The translations under genes were made by a program, and so were the position numbers. A stretch of 52,232 bases of DNA, from contig JAOTZH010000001.1 in assembly GCA_029861425.1 (NCBI GenBank), positions 1 to 52,232 of the forward strand, written 5' to 3'. Of the stretch, positions 1 to 8,876 are shown one piece after another. This stretch comes from Gemmatimonadota bacterium. Its GTDB lineage: Bacteria > Gemmatimonadota > Gemmatimonadetes > Palauibacterales > Palauibacteraceae. How positions within the stretch are numbered: the first letter of the stretch is position 1; every line of letters begins with the position of its first letter. Under the pieces are notes generated by a model. The model was not told where the DNA came from. It did not search any database and saw only the letters and a list, made by a program, of their open reading frames with translations.

Positions 1-651
1 CGGGCGCTCCGTTGCTTCGACGTTCCGGCCCTGACGGGCGAGGACCGCGACCGCGCCGCGATGTATCGCGCGCGTCGCGAAGTCGCCGCGGAGACAGTGA
101 ACGTGGAATCCGTCGACGATTGGCTCCGCTCTCTCGGAAGTCTCGTCCACGTCGAGCGACTCGGCGACGCGAATCGGGTGCGGGCCGCCCAGCTACTCAA
201 CAAGACGAATCAGATGAACCTGGCGACCCGGCGGATGAGCGAGGCCGGTCTCGTGGGGTGGGCGGCCGACGAAGCTCATGAATTCTGGACGTTCGGGCTG
301 GCGGACCGGTTCGGGGATCACGGGGTCACGGGCCTGCTCGGTCTCGCGCGTGTCCGGGACTCGCTCGAGGTCGTCGACTTCGTGATGAGCTGTCGCGTCC
401 TGGGTCGGAACCTCGAGCGAAGCATGATCGCCTGGGCCGTCGGCCGGGCCCGCGATGCCGGTCTCCGCCGGCTGGTGGCCCGATACAGGCCGACCGGGAA
501 GAACAGGCCTTGTCTGGATTTCCTCCGCTCGTCGGGGCTCCTCGAAGTCGACGAGACCGCGGTGTTCGAGTGGGCGGCGGCGGAGAGCTACGCCGTTCCC
601 GAGGGAGTGGACCTGCGCGGTCCGGCGGAACGGCGAACGACACCGGCCTGA
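1..651 (+). CDS. FkbH-like (HAD-IIIC family) domain protein, C-terminal fragment; the 5' end lies upstream of the window
   Basis: Frame 1 is open from nt 1. It contains LLNKTNQMNLATRR, matching the NKTNQFNLTTRR-type signature I associate with FkbH-like proteins, followed by a GNAT-like C-terminal region (VVDFVMSCRVLGRNLE). Confidence 0.75.
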   Translation, partial: RALRCFDVPALTGEDRDRAAMYRARREVAAETVNVESVDDWLRSLGSLVHVERLGDANRVRAAQLLNKTNQMNLATRRMSEAGLVGWAADEAHEFWTFGLADRFGDHGVTGLLGLARVRDSLEVVDFVMSCRVLGRNLERSMIAWAVGRARDAGLRRLVARYRPTGKNRPCLDFLRSSGLLEVDETAVFEWAAAESYAVPEGVDLRGPAERRTTPA

Positions 652-2612
652 GGCACCAGCGGCGTTGCGCCGGCCGCGCCCCCGGCTCCCGCGGCGCCGG
701 CAATCCGGTCATCGAGATCGGAGCGCGACTCGCCACAGATGAACATGCGATACCACATCTCCGCGTTCAAAAGCAGCCACAGCCGTTGCCCGTGGTCTTC
801 CCGTCCGGACGCGTGGGCGGCCCGGAAGCCGTCGATGGACGACTGTCGCAGAATCCCCTCTCCGGCAAGACGAGACTCTGACAGAAACAACTTGTAGAGG
901 AGCCGGTATTCGTCCCGAAGCATGTAGGGCAGCGCGGACGAGAACCCCTGCTTCGGTCGGTCGACGATCTCGGCCGGGAGATGTCGCCGCGCCAGCCGTC
1001 GCTGCAGATGCCGCAGGCCTCGCCCCCTCACCTTCAAATCCACCGGCAACCGAGCCGCGAAGTCCACGAGCCTCGAGTCCATATAGGGGCTCCGCGCCTC
1101 CAGGCCATGCGCCATCGTCATGCGATCCGTCAGCATGACCGGATGGTCGGGTAGCCGCACCGCGACGTCGGCGGCCAACATGCGATCGATCGGGTGGGTC
1201 GCTCGGGCAGACTCGTAGGGGGCCGCGAGCACCCCCTCGGCGGCCTGGCCCCCCAACGTCGCGATCGCCTCGGAGGTGAACAGCCGGTGCCGTCGCTCCC
1301 TGTTGAAGTGGAAGTAGGTAAGGCTGTCGGCGTACCGCTCGCCGCCCTCGAGGAACGAGGCTCGGTGGAGCCACTTCAACTGGTGCGCCCGACTCTTGTA
1401 CCACCGCCCATCCGGGACGCGTCCGAGAATCGGCCCGATCACACCCCGCCTCACCACGCGCGGGATTCGCGCATACAGGCTCGCGTACTCGTTGGCGTAA
1501 TAGCGGTCGTACCCCCCGAACGCCTCGTCACCGCCGTCGCCCCCGAGAACGACCTTCACGTGCTCATGGGCCAGTGCGGCGAGGTGGTAGGTCGGGACGC
1601 ACAGCGGATCCGAAGGTTCGTCGAGCTGCTGGATCACCGTGGGGAGGGTCTGCACCAGCGACGGCGTGACGGTGCGCTCATGGTGTTCCGTGTCGTACCG
1701 GTCGGCCACGACTCTGGCGGCGGGCGACTCATCGTACGTCTCGTGCGGCAGGCCCAGCGTGAAGGTCGGGAGCCGTCGATCGCCCACGCGACCGCCCAGG
1801 AGTGCCACGATCAGACTCGAGTCGAGACCGCCGCTGAGGAAGGCGCCGACGGGCACGTCGCTCAACAGATGGCTGCGACAGGCCTCGGTGAGGACCTCCT
1901 CGAGCTCGTCGAGCAGGTCGTCCTCGGGCCGATCGTGCTTCGGCTCGTAGACCGGCTCCCAGTAGCGGCGAACGACGAGCCCATCCTGGCCGAACGTCAG
2001 AGAGTGACCCGGCGGGAGCTTGCGAATCCCGCGAAACATGCTGCGAGGTGGGGCGATGAGCCGAAGGCCCAGGTACTGATCGAGTCCCGCGAGGTCCAGC
2101 TCCGCCAACCCCGGGTCGGCGGCCAGAAGGGCCTTGATCTCCGAAGCGAAAAGGAGTCGCCCGCCCTCCGCGTGGTAATAGAAGGGCTTCTGTCCCATGC
2201 GGTCACGGGCTGCGAAGAGGGTTCGGTCGACCGTGTCCCAGATCGAGAAGGCGAACATCCCCCGCAGGTCGTCGAGGCATTCCGGCCCCTTCCGACGGTA
2301 CAGATGGAGAATCGTCTCGCAGTCGGAATCTGTCGCGAACCGACATCCCTCGGTCTCGAGACGGCGGCGAAGCTCGGGATAGTTGTAGATCTCACCGTTG
2401 CAGACCAGGTGGTAGCGCCCGTCCTCGCTGACGATCGGCTGGCGACCGTTCTCGAGACCGATGATCGAAAGACGTGCGAGGCCCAGGGCGGAGAACGGCG
2501 TGACCTCCAGGCCGAGATCGTCCGGCCCGCGGTGCCGCTGCGCATCCAGCATTCGACGGGCGGCTGCCGGGTCGATCCGCTCGCTGCCTACGATGCCGGC
2601 GATGCCGCACAT
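588..2612 (-). CDS. asnB: Asparagine synthase (glutamine-hydrolysing) family amidotransferase
   Basis: N-terminal MCGIAG (Ntn catalytic Cys2) and PP-loop FLSGGLDSS; 674 aa. The Ala/Gly/Arg-rich C-terminal tail overlaps the convergent FkbH-like gene by 64 nt. Confidence 0.9.
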   Translation of the reverse strand: MCGIAGIVGSERIDPAAARRMLDAQRHRGPDDLGLEVTPFSALGLARLSIIGLENGRQPIVSEDGRYHLVCNGEIYNYPELRRRLETEGCRFATDSDCETILHLYRRKGPECLDDLRGMFAFSIWDTVDRTLFAARDRMGQKPFYYHAEGGRLLFASEIKALLAADPGLAELDLAGLDQYLGLRLIAPPRSMFRGIRKLPPGHSLTFGQDGLVVRRYWEPVYEPKHDRPEDDLLDELEEVLTEACRSHLLSDVPVGAFLSGGLDSSLIVALLGGRVGDRRLPTFTLGLPHETYDESPAARVVADRYDTEHHERTVTPSLVQTLPTVIQQLDEPSDPLCVPTYHLAALAHEHVKVVLGGDGGDEAFGGYDRYYANEYASLYARIPRVVRRGVIGPILGRVPDGRWYKSRAHQLKWLHRASFLEGGERYADSLTYFHFNRERRHRLFTSEAIATLGGQAAEGVLAAPYESARATHPIDRMLAADVAVRLPDHPVMLTDRMTMAHGLEARSPYMDSRLVDFAARLPVDLKVRGRGLRHLQRRLARRHLPAEIVDRPKQGFSSALPYMLRDEYRLLYKLFLSESRLAGEGILRQSSIDGFRAAHASGREDHGQRLWLLLNAEMWYRMFICGESRSDLDDRIAGAAGAGGAAGATPLVPQAGVVRRSAGPRRSTPSGTA

Positions 2613-2865
2613 GAGCTTCCCCTGTCCCGTTCGATTCGCCCGCCGCCAGTTCCGGCCAGCGGGCTCGTGTGTCGCCGAACCCGCCGCGGTCGTGGCAACG
2701 GCGCCTCAGTCAGCGAGTTAGCGTCGGCCAGGACGATAGCGAACCAGATCCTTGCTGGCGCGCGTCTTGACGCAACGCTGTATTGCACCGCCACTTGGCT
2801 TTGGCTTAGAAACCCGTCTTCAACCGCGGCCTCGCGGCACGCCGCCTGCGCCATCTCATTTCTAT

Positions 2866-3990
2866 ATGACCTCTGCGCAAAAAGAGCACCTCGACGAAGC
2901 CAATATCGCCCGACAGCGTCTCTTCGAGAGCGACAAGAGCAGCCTTCAGCGATACGCCGAGCTGGTGATCGGCGAGTATTCGCTGTGGAGGTTGATCCGC
3001 TACGAGCTGATCTCGCTGCTCATCCTCCCGGTGCCGGGAGCCCTCGGGATCGCGTTACGGCGGCTCTTCTGTCCCGCGCTCTTTCGCAGCGTGGGCCGAA
3101 ACCCCGTCTTCGGTAGGGACATCACCCTGCGGAACGCGCACCGCGTCAGCCTGGGGGACGACGTCGTGATCGACGATCGATGCCTCGTGGACGGGCGCGG
3201 GGCCGGCGAGGAAGGGATCGAGCTCGGCGACAACGTGATCCTGCACCGAGCCGCGGTCGTCATCTCAAAGGGTGGCGGGATTCGGGTCCGATCCGGCACG
3301 GATATCGGGTCCTATGCTTCGATCATATCTCAGGGTGGCATCGATATCGGCGAATCCGTGAGCATCGCGGGCGGCTGCCGGATCGGCGGCGGTCTGGTGG
3401 ATTCGGGTACGGACGGCGCGAACCGATACACCACGGGGCCGGTCCGCATCGGGGACTCCGTCACCGTGCTGCCCGCCGCGATCGTGCTCGACGGAGTGGA
3501 GGTCGGGGCCGGCGCGGTCGTCGGAGCCGCGGCTGTGGTTCGGGAGGACGTCCCCCCGAACATGACCTTCGCCCCGTATCACCGCGGGCTCATGGTCCCG
3601 CATGGCGAGAAGAACGGGTCGACGGTCGACGAGGAGGCTACGGCCGACGCGGAGGCCGGGGAGGCTACCGACACGCGCGAGACGTCTCGCCCTGCAGGCG
3701 GCGGGCCGACCCCGCCTGTCATCACGGCAACCCTGCTCGAGGCTGTCGCGGAGCTGAACGAGACGAGAAGCGCGGATACCCGCATCGCGCTCTCGCCCGA
3801 CACCAGGCTCATCGGGGGCGAGCTCGACTCCCTGGCGCTCGTGAATTTCATCGTCAGCGCCGAAGCCCGTCTCGAGCGGGCCGGGATCTACGTCGATCTG
3901 GCCGCGACAACGAGCTCCGACCAGAGCCATCTCCGTACGATCAGCACCCTCGCCGACTTCGTGGCCCGATCAACCGAGCGCCCGCACTGA
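2866..3990 (+). CDS. Hexapeptide-repeat (left-handed beta-helix) acyltransferase fused to a C-terminal carrier-protein (phosphopantetheine-attachment-like) domain
   Basis: ATG at 2866 chosen; the track TTG at 2752 adds an Arg/Pro-rich leader. Hydrophobic N-terminal segment, then imperfect hexapeptide repeats (ITLRNAHRVSLGDDVVIDDRCLVDG ... IGESVSIAGGCRIGGG). An acidic Ala/Thr/Glu linker follows, then LIGGELDSLALVNFIVSAEARLE with a DSL motif (Ser codon 3829-3831). Confidence 0.8.
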   Translation: MTSAQKEHLDEANIARQRLFESDKSSLQRYAELVIGEYSLWRLIRYELISLLILPVPGALGIALRRLFCPALFRSVGRNPVFGRDITLRNAHRVSLGDDVVIDDRCLVDGRGAGEEGIELGDNVILHRAAVVISKGGGIRVRSGTDIGSYASIISQGGIDIGESVSIAGGCRIGGGLVDSGTDGANRYTTGPVRIGDSVTVLPAAIVLDGVEVGAGAVVGAAAVVREDVPPNMTFAPYHRGLMVPHGEKNGSTVDEEATADAEAGEATDTRETSRPAGGGPTPPVITATLLEAVAELNETRSADTRIALSPDTRLIGGELDSLALVNFIVSAEARLERAGIYVDLAATTSSDQSHLRTISTLADFVARSTERPH

Positions 3991-4006
3991 CCCTGGTGAC
4001 GCGTCC

Positions 4007-4999
4007 GTGAGCGATCGCATCGCGATCACGGGAGGAACAGGGTTTATCGGATCTCGACTGGCTCATGCCTGCGTCGAGCGCGGGTGGCGGGTCGGTATCC
4101 TCGGGGAGGAGAACACGGCCGCGGAGGCCTCCAACCTGCGTCGCCTCCGCGAGGCGGGAGCCGATGTCACCCTCGCCTCCGTTACCGATCGCGAGGCCGT
4201 GTCCCGGTTGGTGGCCGCGGCGGACGTCGTCGTGCACCTGGCGGCGGCGCAGCACGAGATGTCGATACCGGATCGGCGATTCCACGAGGTAAACGTAGAC
4301 GGAACGAGGATCGTGCTCGAAGCGAGCGCGGCGGCAGGCGTCGGGCGCGTGGTCTACGGCAGCACGATCGGAGTTTACGGCGTCGCTATGGGTCGCGTCG
4401 ACGAATCGAGCCCGTGCCAGCCGCACAACATCTACGGCCGGACCAAGCTCGAAGCGGAACGGCTCGCGTTGTCCGCCGTGGACGTCCCGACCGTCGCGAT
4501 TCGGATCCCGGAGATCTACGGACCGGGCGATCGACGGCTTCTAAAGCTCTTTCGTGCCCTCGCCGGTGGGAAGTTCTTCCGGATCGGCCAGGGGAAGAAC
4601 CTGCACGACGTCCTGTTCGTCGACGACCTCGTGGAGGCGCTGCTTCTGGCCGCGCGCAGCCCTGACGCGGTCGGAGAGGTGTTTCAGCTCGGTGGCCCGT
4701 CCCCGATCACCACGGACGAGATGATCACCGCCGTGGCCCTCGCGGTCGGTGCCGAGCCGCCCCGCATGCGGATCCCCTTGTGGCCATTGCTGGCGGTGGG
4801 GACGGCGATGGAGCTTACACTTCGACCCCTCGGCATCCAGCCGCCGCTTCACCGGAGGCGGCTCGACTTCTTCCGTAACAGCTTCGAGCTGGGGTCGGAG
4901 AAGGCCAGTCGGGTGCTAGGTTTCGATCCGGGTGTCGCGTTCGACGAGGGGGCGCGCATCACCGCGGATTGGTATCGGGCGGAGGGATTGCTCCAGTGA
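4007..4999 (+). CDS. NAD-dependent epimerase/dehydratase (extended SDR)
   Basis: GTG start; Rossmann motif ITGGTGFIGSRL; catalytic YxxxK (YGRTK). Confidence 0.9.
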   Translation: MSDRIAITGGTGFIGSRLAHACVERGWRVGILGEENTAAEASNLRRLREAGADVTLASVTDREAVSRLVAAADVVVHLAAAQHEMSIPDRRFHEVNVDGTRIVLEASAAAGVGRVVYGSTIGVYGVAMGRVDESSPCQPHNIYGRTKLEAERLALSAVDVPTVAIRIPEIYGPGDRRLLKLFRALAGGKFFRIGQGKNLHDVLFVDDLVEALLLAARSPDAVGEVFQLGGPSPITTDEMITAVALAVGAEPPRMRIPLWPLLAVGTAMELTLRPLGIQPPLHRRRLDFFRNSFELGSEKASRVLGFDPGVAFDEGARITADWYRAEGLLQ

Positions 5000-5766
5000 C
5001 GGACCACGAACAAGACGTCGACCGGGCGGGGGGGGAGCTTACCGCCCGCATCGAGCCGTTCGATTCGTTCTGGGAAGCGCCGCGGGACATCGAGAAGGGA
5101 TATTCGTCCTTCGCTCGGTTCTACGCCCACAACTACCTCCCGCACATCCCCGAGCGGAGGGACGCTTCGATCCTCGTGACTTCATGTGGCCCGGGGTACT
5201 TCGTGAACCTGCTCCGTGAGCGGGGATACACCGCCGTCGAGGGGGTAGATTCGTTCCCGGCGAAGGTCGAACACGCGACGAGGCGTGGCCTGCCGTGCCA
5301 CGTGGCGCGGGCGTTCCCTCTGCTCGAAGCGGACGGGACCCCGTATGACGTCATCTTCGCCGAGCAGGAGATCAACCATCTGACGAAGGACGAGATCCTT
5401 CGCTTTCTGGCTCTCTGCCGAAGACGGCTGGCGCCCGGCGGCACGCTCATCGTTCACTCGATCAACGGCACGGCTCCGCTCACGGGTTCGGAGTCACGGC
5501 ACGGCAACTTCGATCACTACAACAGCTTCACGGAGTACAGTCTCGTTCAGGTCCTCGAGTACTCGGGCTTCGAATCGGCGCGAGCGTTTCCGCTCGACCT
5601 GTATGTCTTCTGGACGAACCCGCTCAACTACGTCGCGCTCGGCGTCCACTGGCTCCGCACGCTTGTTCTCCGTCTCAACTTCCGGCTGGTAGGCAAGGAC
5701 GCCCGGATCTTCACCAAGAAGCTCGGGGCGGTGGCTCGTGCGCCCTCTGGGGGCCACGCGCCGTGA
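4996..5766 (+). CDS. Class I SAM-dependent methyltransferase
   Basis: GTG at 4996 overlaps the upstream stop (GTGA); an alternative TTG start is at 4969. Motif I-like ILVTSCGPGYF and post-I acidic residue; about 256 aa. Confidence 0.8.
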   Translation: MTDHEQDVDRAGGELTARIEPFDSFWEAPRDIEKGYSSFARFYAHNYLPHIPERRDASILVTSCGPGYFVNLLRERGYTAVEGVDSFPAKVEHATRRGLPCHVARAFPLLEADGTPYDVIFAEQEINHLTKDEILRFLALCRRRLAPGGTLIVHSINGTAPLTGSESRHGNFDHYNSFTEYSLVQVLEYSGFESARAFPLDLYVFWTNPLNYVALGVHWLRTLVLRLNFRLVGKDARIFTKKLGAVARAPSGGHAP

Positions 5767-7448
5767 AGCGCGAGCTGTCGGCGCTTTCCGATCGGAGGTT
5801 CCAGCTGGCTGTGGTCGGCGGCGGGGTCTTCGGAGCCGCGGTCGCGCGTGATGCCGCGCTCCGCGGCCTCTCTGTCGCGCTCGTGGAAAAGGCCGATTTC
5901 ATGACCGCGGCCTCAGGCAACTCGTATCGCATGGTGCACGGCGGGATTCGCTATCTCCAGCACGGCGATCTTCGACGGGTCCGGGCCTCGGCGCGCGAAC
6001 GCCGGATCCTCCTCGCGACCGCTCCGCACCTGGTGGCGCCTCTCCCGATCGCGATTCCCACGTTCGGTCACGGGATGCAGGGGCGCGCCGTCCTTCGCGC
6101 GGGGATCGCCGCCTACGACCTCCTCACCTGGGACCGAAACCGGGACGTGCGGGAGCCGACTCGTCAGATCCGGACGGGGCGTACGATCTCGCGCCGCGAG
6201 GTAGAGAGGCTCTTTCCCGGGGTCGAGAAATCGGGGATGACGGGGGCCGGCGTGTTTGCCGACGCCCAGCTTCAGCACCCACAGCGGCTCGGCATCGGCA
6301 TGCTCGAGTCGGCCACGAGGGCCGGTGCCGCCGTCGCCAATTACGCGGAGGCGACCCGGGTCGCGGTCGTGAGCGGCCGGGTCGAGGGGCTGGACGTGCG
6401 AGACGGTCTCTCCGGCGACGCGTTCCGGATCGAGGCGGAAGCCGTCGTCGTGGCCGCGGGCGCCTGGTCGGAACGATTGCTCGGTGCCAACACCGGCATC
6501 GAGATCGCCGAACCCTCGACGTTCTCGCGCGACCTATGTCTGGTCGTCGACCGGCCAGCCGAAGAGATGGGGATCGCCGTGCTCGGAGGGACCTCCGACC
6601 CGGATGCGGTCTTCAGCCGTTCGCGCCGTCACCTCTTCGTCGTCCCGTGGCGCGGCCGATCGATCGTCGGAGTCTGGCATCTGCCGTACGACCGATCGCC
6701 AGACGACATCGTGGTCGGCGAGGACGAGCTGACGAGCTTCCTCGGCGAAATCAACGCGGGGTATCCAGGACTGGAGCTCGAACGCAGCGAGGTCACTCAC
6801 TACAACACCGGCCTCGTCCTATTCGGCCGCAATCGGCCCGGCGCCGAGGATCTGAGATACGGACACCGCTCGAGTGTCACCGACTACGGCGCATCCGATG
6901 GGGTCGACGGGCTCTACTCGTTGATCGGGGTCCGCTACACTACCGCGAGGGCCGAGGCAGAGGCGTTGCTCGATCGGATCATCGACACTCGTGGCTGGAG
7001 GGCCACGGGCTGCGTCACGGCGAGCTCACCGGTTCCGGGCGGCGACATCGATAGCCTCGAGACCCTCGCCCGGGAATACCGCGACCGGTGGCCGGGTCTC
7101 GACTCATCCGACATCGACGAGCTGCTCATCGACTACGGAACCGAAGTGCCGAGCGTGCTGGAGGCGGAAGGTAGCGGGGAGATCGCGTCCGCCGATGTTC
7201 TCCACCGTACGGTACGCCACGCGGTTCGAAACGAGATGGCGGTCAGGCTGGAAGACGTCGTCGTCCGACGGACGAGCCTGGGCCTCTTTGGCCCGCCGCC
7301 CGCCGACGTCCTGAGACGAGCGGCCGGACACATGGCGGAGGAGCTCGCCTGGAATGCCGAGCGGATAGCCGACGAGATCGACGCCGTCCGCCACGCCTAT
7401 CCCCTTTCCTCCGATCACGCGGAATTGGGCGTGGGAGTCGGCGCGTGA
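5763..7448 (+). CDS. FAD-dependent oxidoreductase, glycerol-3-phosphate dehydrogenase/oxidase (GlpD/GlpO)-like
   Basis: GTG start overlaps the upstream stop (GTGA). Dinucleotide fold VVGGGVFGAAVARDAALRG, GNSYRMVHGGIRYL, and a C-terminal RLEDVVVRRTSLGL region as in GlpD-type enzymes. Confidence 0.85.
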   Translation: MKRELSALSDRRFQLAVVGGGVFGAAVARDAALRGLSVALVEKADFMTAASGNSYRMVHGGIRYLQHGDLRRVRASARERRILLATAPHLVAPLPIAIPTFGHGMQGRAVLRAGIAAYDLLTWDRNRDVREPTRQIRTGRTISRREVERLFPGVEKSGMTGAGVFADAQLQHPQRLGIGMLESATRAGAAVANYAEATRVAVVSGRVEGLDVRDGLSGDAFRIEAEAVVVAAGAWSERLLGANTGIEIAEPSTFSRDLCLVVDRPAEEMGIAVLGGTSDPDAVFSRSRRHLFVVPWRGRSIVGVWHLPYDRSPDDIVVGEDELTSFLGEINAGYPGLELERSEVTHYNTGLVLFGRNRPGAEDLRYGHRSSVTDYGASDGVDGLYSLIGVRYTTARAEAEALLDRIIDTRGWRATGCVTASSPVPGGDIDSLETLAREYRDRWPGLDSSDIDELLIDYGTEVPSVLEAEGSGEIASADVLHRTVRHAVRNEMAVRLEDVVVRRTSLGLFGPPPADVLRRAAGHMAEELAWNAERIADEIDAVRHAYPLSSDHAELGVGVGA

Positions 7449-8638
7449 ACATCCTGATGGTCAACTACGAGTATCCGCCTCTCGGCGGAGGCGGAGGCGT
7501 CATCCACCGCTTCGTGTGCGAGGAGATGGCGAAGCGCCACCGGGTCGTGATGGTCACGTCCGCCTATCAGGACCAGCCGTTCCGGGAGACCAGGGGCGGA
7601 GTCGACATCATCCGGGTGCCGGTGTGGGGACGTTCGCGCAGATCGGTCGCCACCTGGAGCTCGATGTTGTCGTTCCCGCAGGCCGTGGCGCGCCACGCAC
7701 GGTTCATCATCGATGAGATCGACTTCGACATCGTGAACGGACACTTCGCCGTCCCGACGGGGCCCGCATCGACGTGGCTGGCACGGCGGGCCGGGGTCCC
7801 GCACGTGATCACTGTGCAGGGCGGTGACCTGTACGATCCGTCCAAGAAGGCCTCTCCACACATATTCCCGCCGCTTCGCTGGTCCGTGAAGCGAGTTCTG
7901 GCGGCCTCTGCTCGCGTAGTGGCCGCCTCGGAGAACACGAAGGCCAACGCCCTTCGGTACTTCGGCTCGGCCGTGCGTGGCGTCGATCTGATTCCGCTCG
8001 GGATACGACCGAGAGAGTTTCGACGAGCGACCCGCACGGAGCTGGGGCTTCCGGAGGACGTCTTCCTCGGGGTGACCGTCGCTCGCCTGATTCGACGGAA
8101 GGCACACGATCAGCTGATCCACGCCATCACGCGGCCAGGGCTGGAGGACGTCCATATCGCCCTGGTGGGCTCCGGGCCGGAGCGTGACAACCTGGAGCAG
8201 CTCGCCCGCGAGCTGGGCGCCGGGGATCGGGTGCATTTCCCGGGCCGGGTGGACGAAGAGGTGAAGTGGCAGATCCTCGACACCTCGAACGCGTTCGTGA
8301 GCGCCACCCTGCACGAGGGCTTTGGTTTGATGTTCCTCGAGGCGATGGCCGTGGGGCGCCCGGTCGTCTGCCCGGACTTCGGCGGCCACACCGACTACCT
8401 CACGGATGGAGTGACGGGGTTCGTCACGCCGCTGGGCGACAATGAGCGGCTGGCCGCCGGGATCGGTCGGCTTGCGTCCGAACCGGATCTCGTTCGCCGG
8501 ATGGGCGAGAGCAATCGAAAGCTCTTCTACTCCAGGTTCGGCGCCCACCACTGCGCCCAGAACTACGAAGCGCTATTCGAGGAGGTGCTGGCCGAACAGA
8601 ATGCCGCTGCGAGTCAGACGGCGCAGGCCATGTCCTGA
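7445..8638 (+). CDS. Glycosyltransferase family 4 (GT-B fold)
   Basis: GTG start overlaps the upstream stop (GTGA). N-terminal MVNYEYPPLGGGGG and C-terminal EGFGLMFLEAMAVGRPVV (E-x7-E type motif). Confidence 0.9.
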   Translation: MNILMVNYEYPPLGGGGGVIHRFVCEEMAKRHRVVMVTSAYQDQPFRETRGGVDIIRVPVWGRSRRSVATWSSMLSFPQAVARHARFIIDEIDFDIVNGHFAVPTGPASTWLARRAGVPHVITVQGGDLYDPSKKASPHIFPPLRWSVKRVLAASARVVAASENTKANALRYFGSAVRGVDLIPLGIRPREFRRATRTELGLPEDVFLGVTVARLIRRKAHDQLIHAITRPGLEDVHIALVGSGPERDNLEQLARELGAGDRVHFPGRVDEEVKWQILDTSNAFVSATLHEGFGLMFLEAMAVGRPVVCPDFGGHTDYLTDGVTGFVTPLGDNERLAAGIGRLASEPDLVRRMGESNRKLFYSRFGAHHCAQNYEALFEEVLAEQNAAASQTAQAMS

Positions 8639-8808
8639 CCGCAGCACATCGGCGATTTCACCATGCCGTGCCCGTCCGGACACTTCGAGACGTGGACCGA
8701 GGTGCCGTCTTCCTTCGCGAGCGTCTCGTGAACGAGATCGGCTCCGCACTGTCCACACGTCATGATCCCGATGCTCATGCCGCACTTGTCACATGTGTAT
8801 GCCGCCAT
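8614..8808 (-). CDS. Small cysteine-rich protein (64 aa, 8 Cys: two CxxC knuckles plus C, CC, C)
   Basis: Internal ATG at 8808 of the 230-aa track ORF, preceded by GGGAG 7 nt upstream. Third-codon positions are mostly G/C. Sequence: MAAYTCDKCGMSIGIMTCGQCGADL...KCPDGHGMVKSPMCCGQDMACAV. The last codons overlap the GT4 3' end by 25 nt. Confidence 0.6.
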   Translation of the reverse strand: MAAYTCDKCGMSIGIMTCGQCGADLVHETLAKEDGTSVHVSKCPDGHGMVKSPMCCGQDMACAV

Positions 8809-8876
8809 GATGACTCCCAGGTTGGCGTTGAACTGCTGGTGGATGACGACCGAAAACACTGCGATCGCGGAGAAGG

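Noticed and set aside
1194-3116. 640-aa plus-strand ORF
   Set aside because: It is antisense to asnB, which has unmistakable motifs. It has an Arg/Pro/Gly-rich shadow-frame composition and runs through the divergent promoter region.
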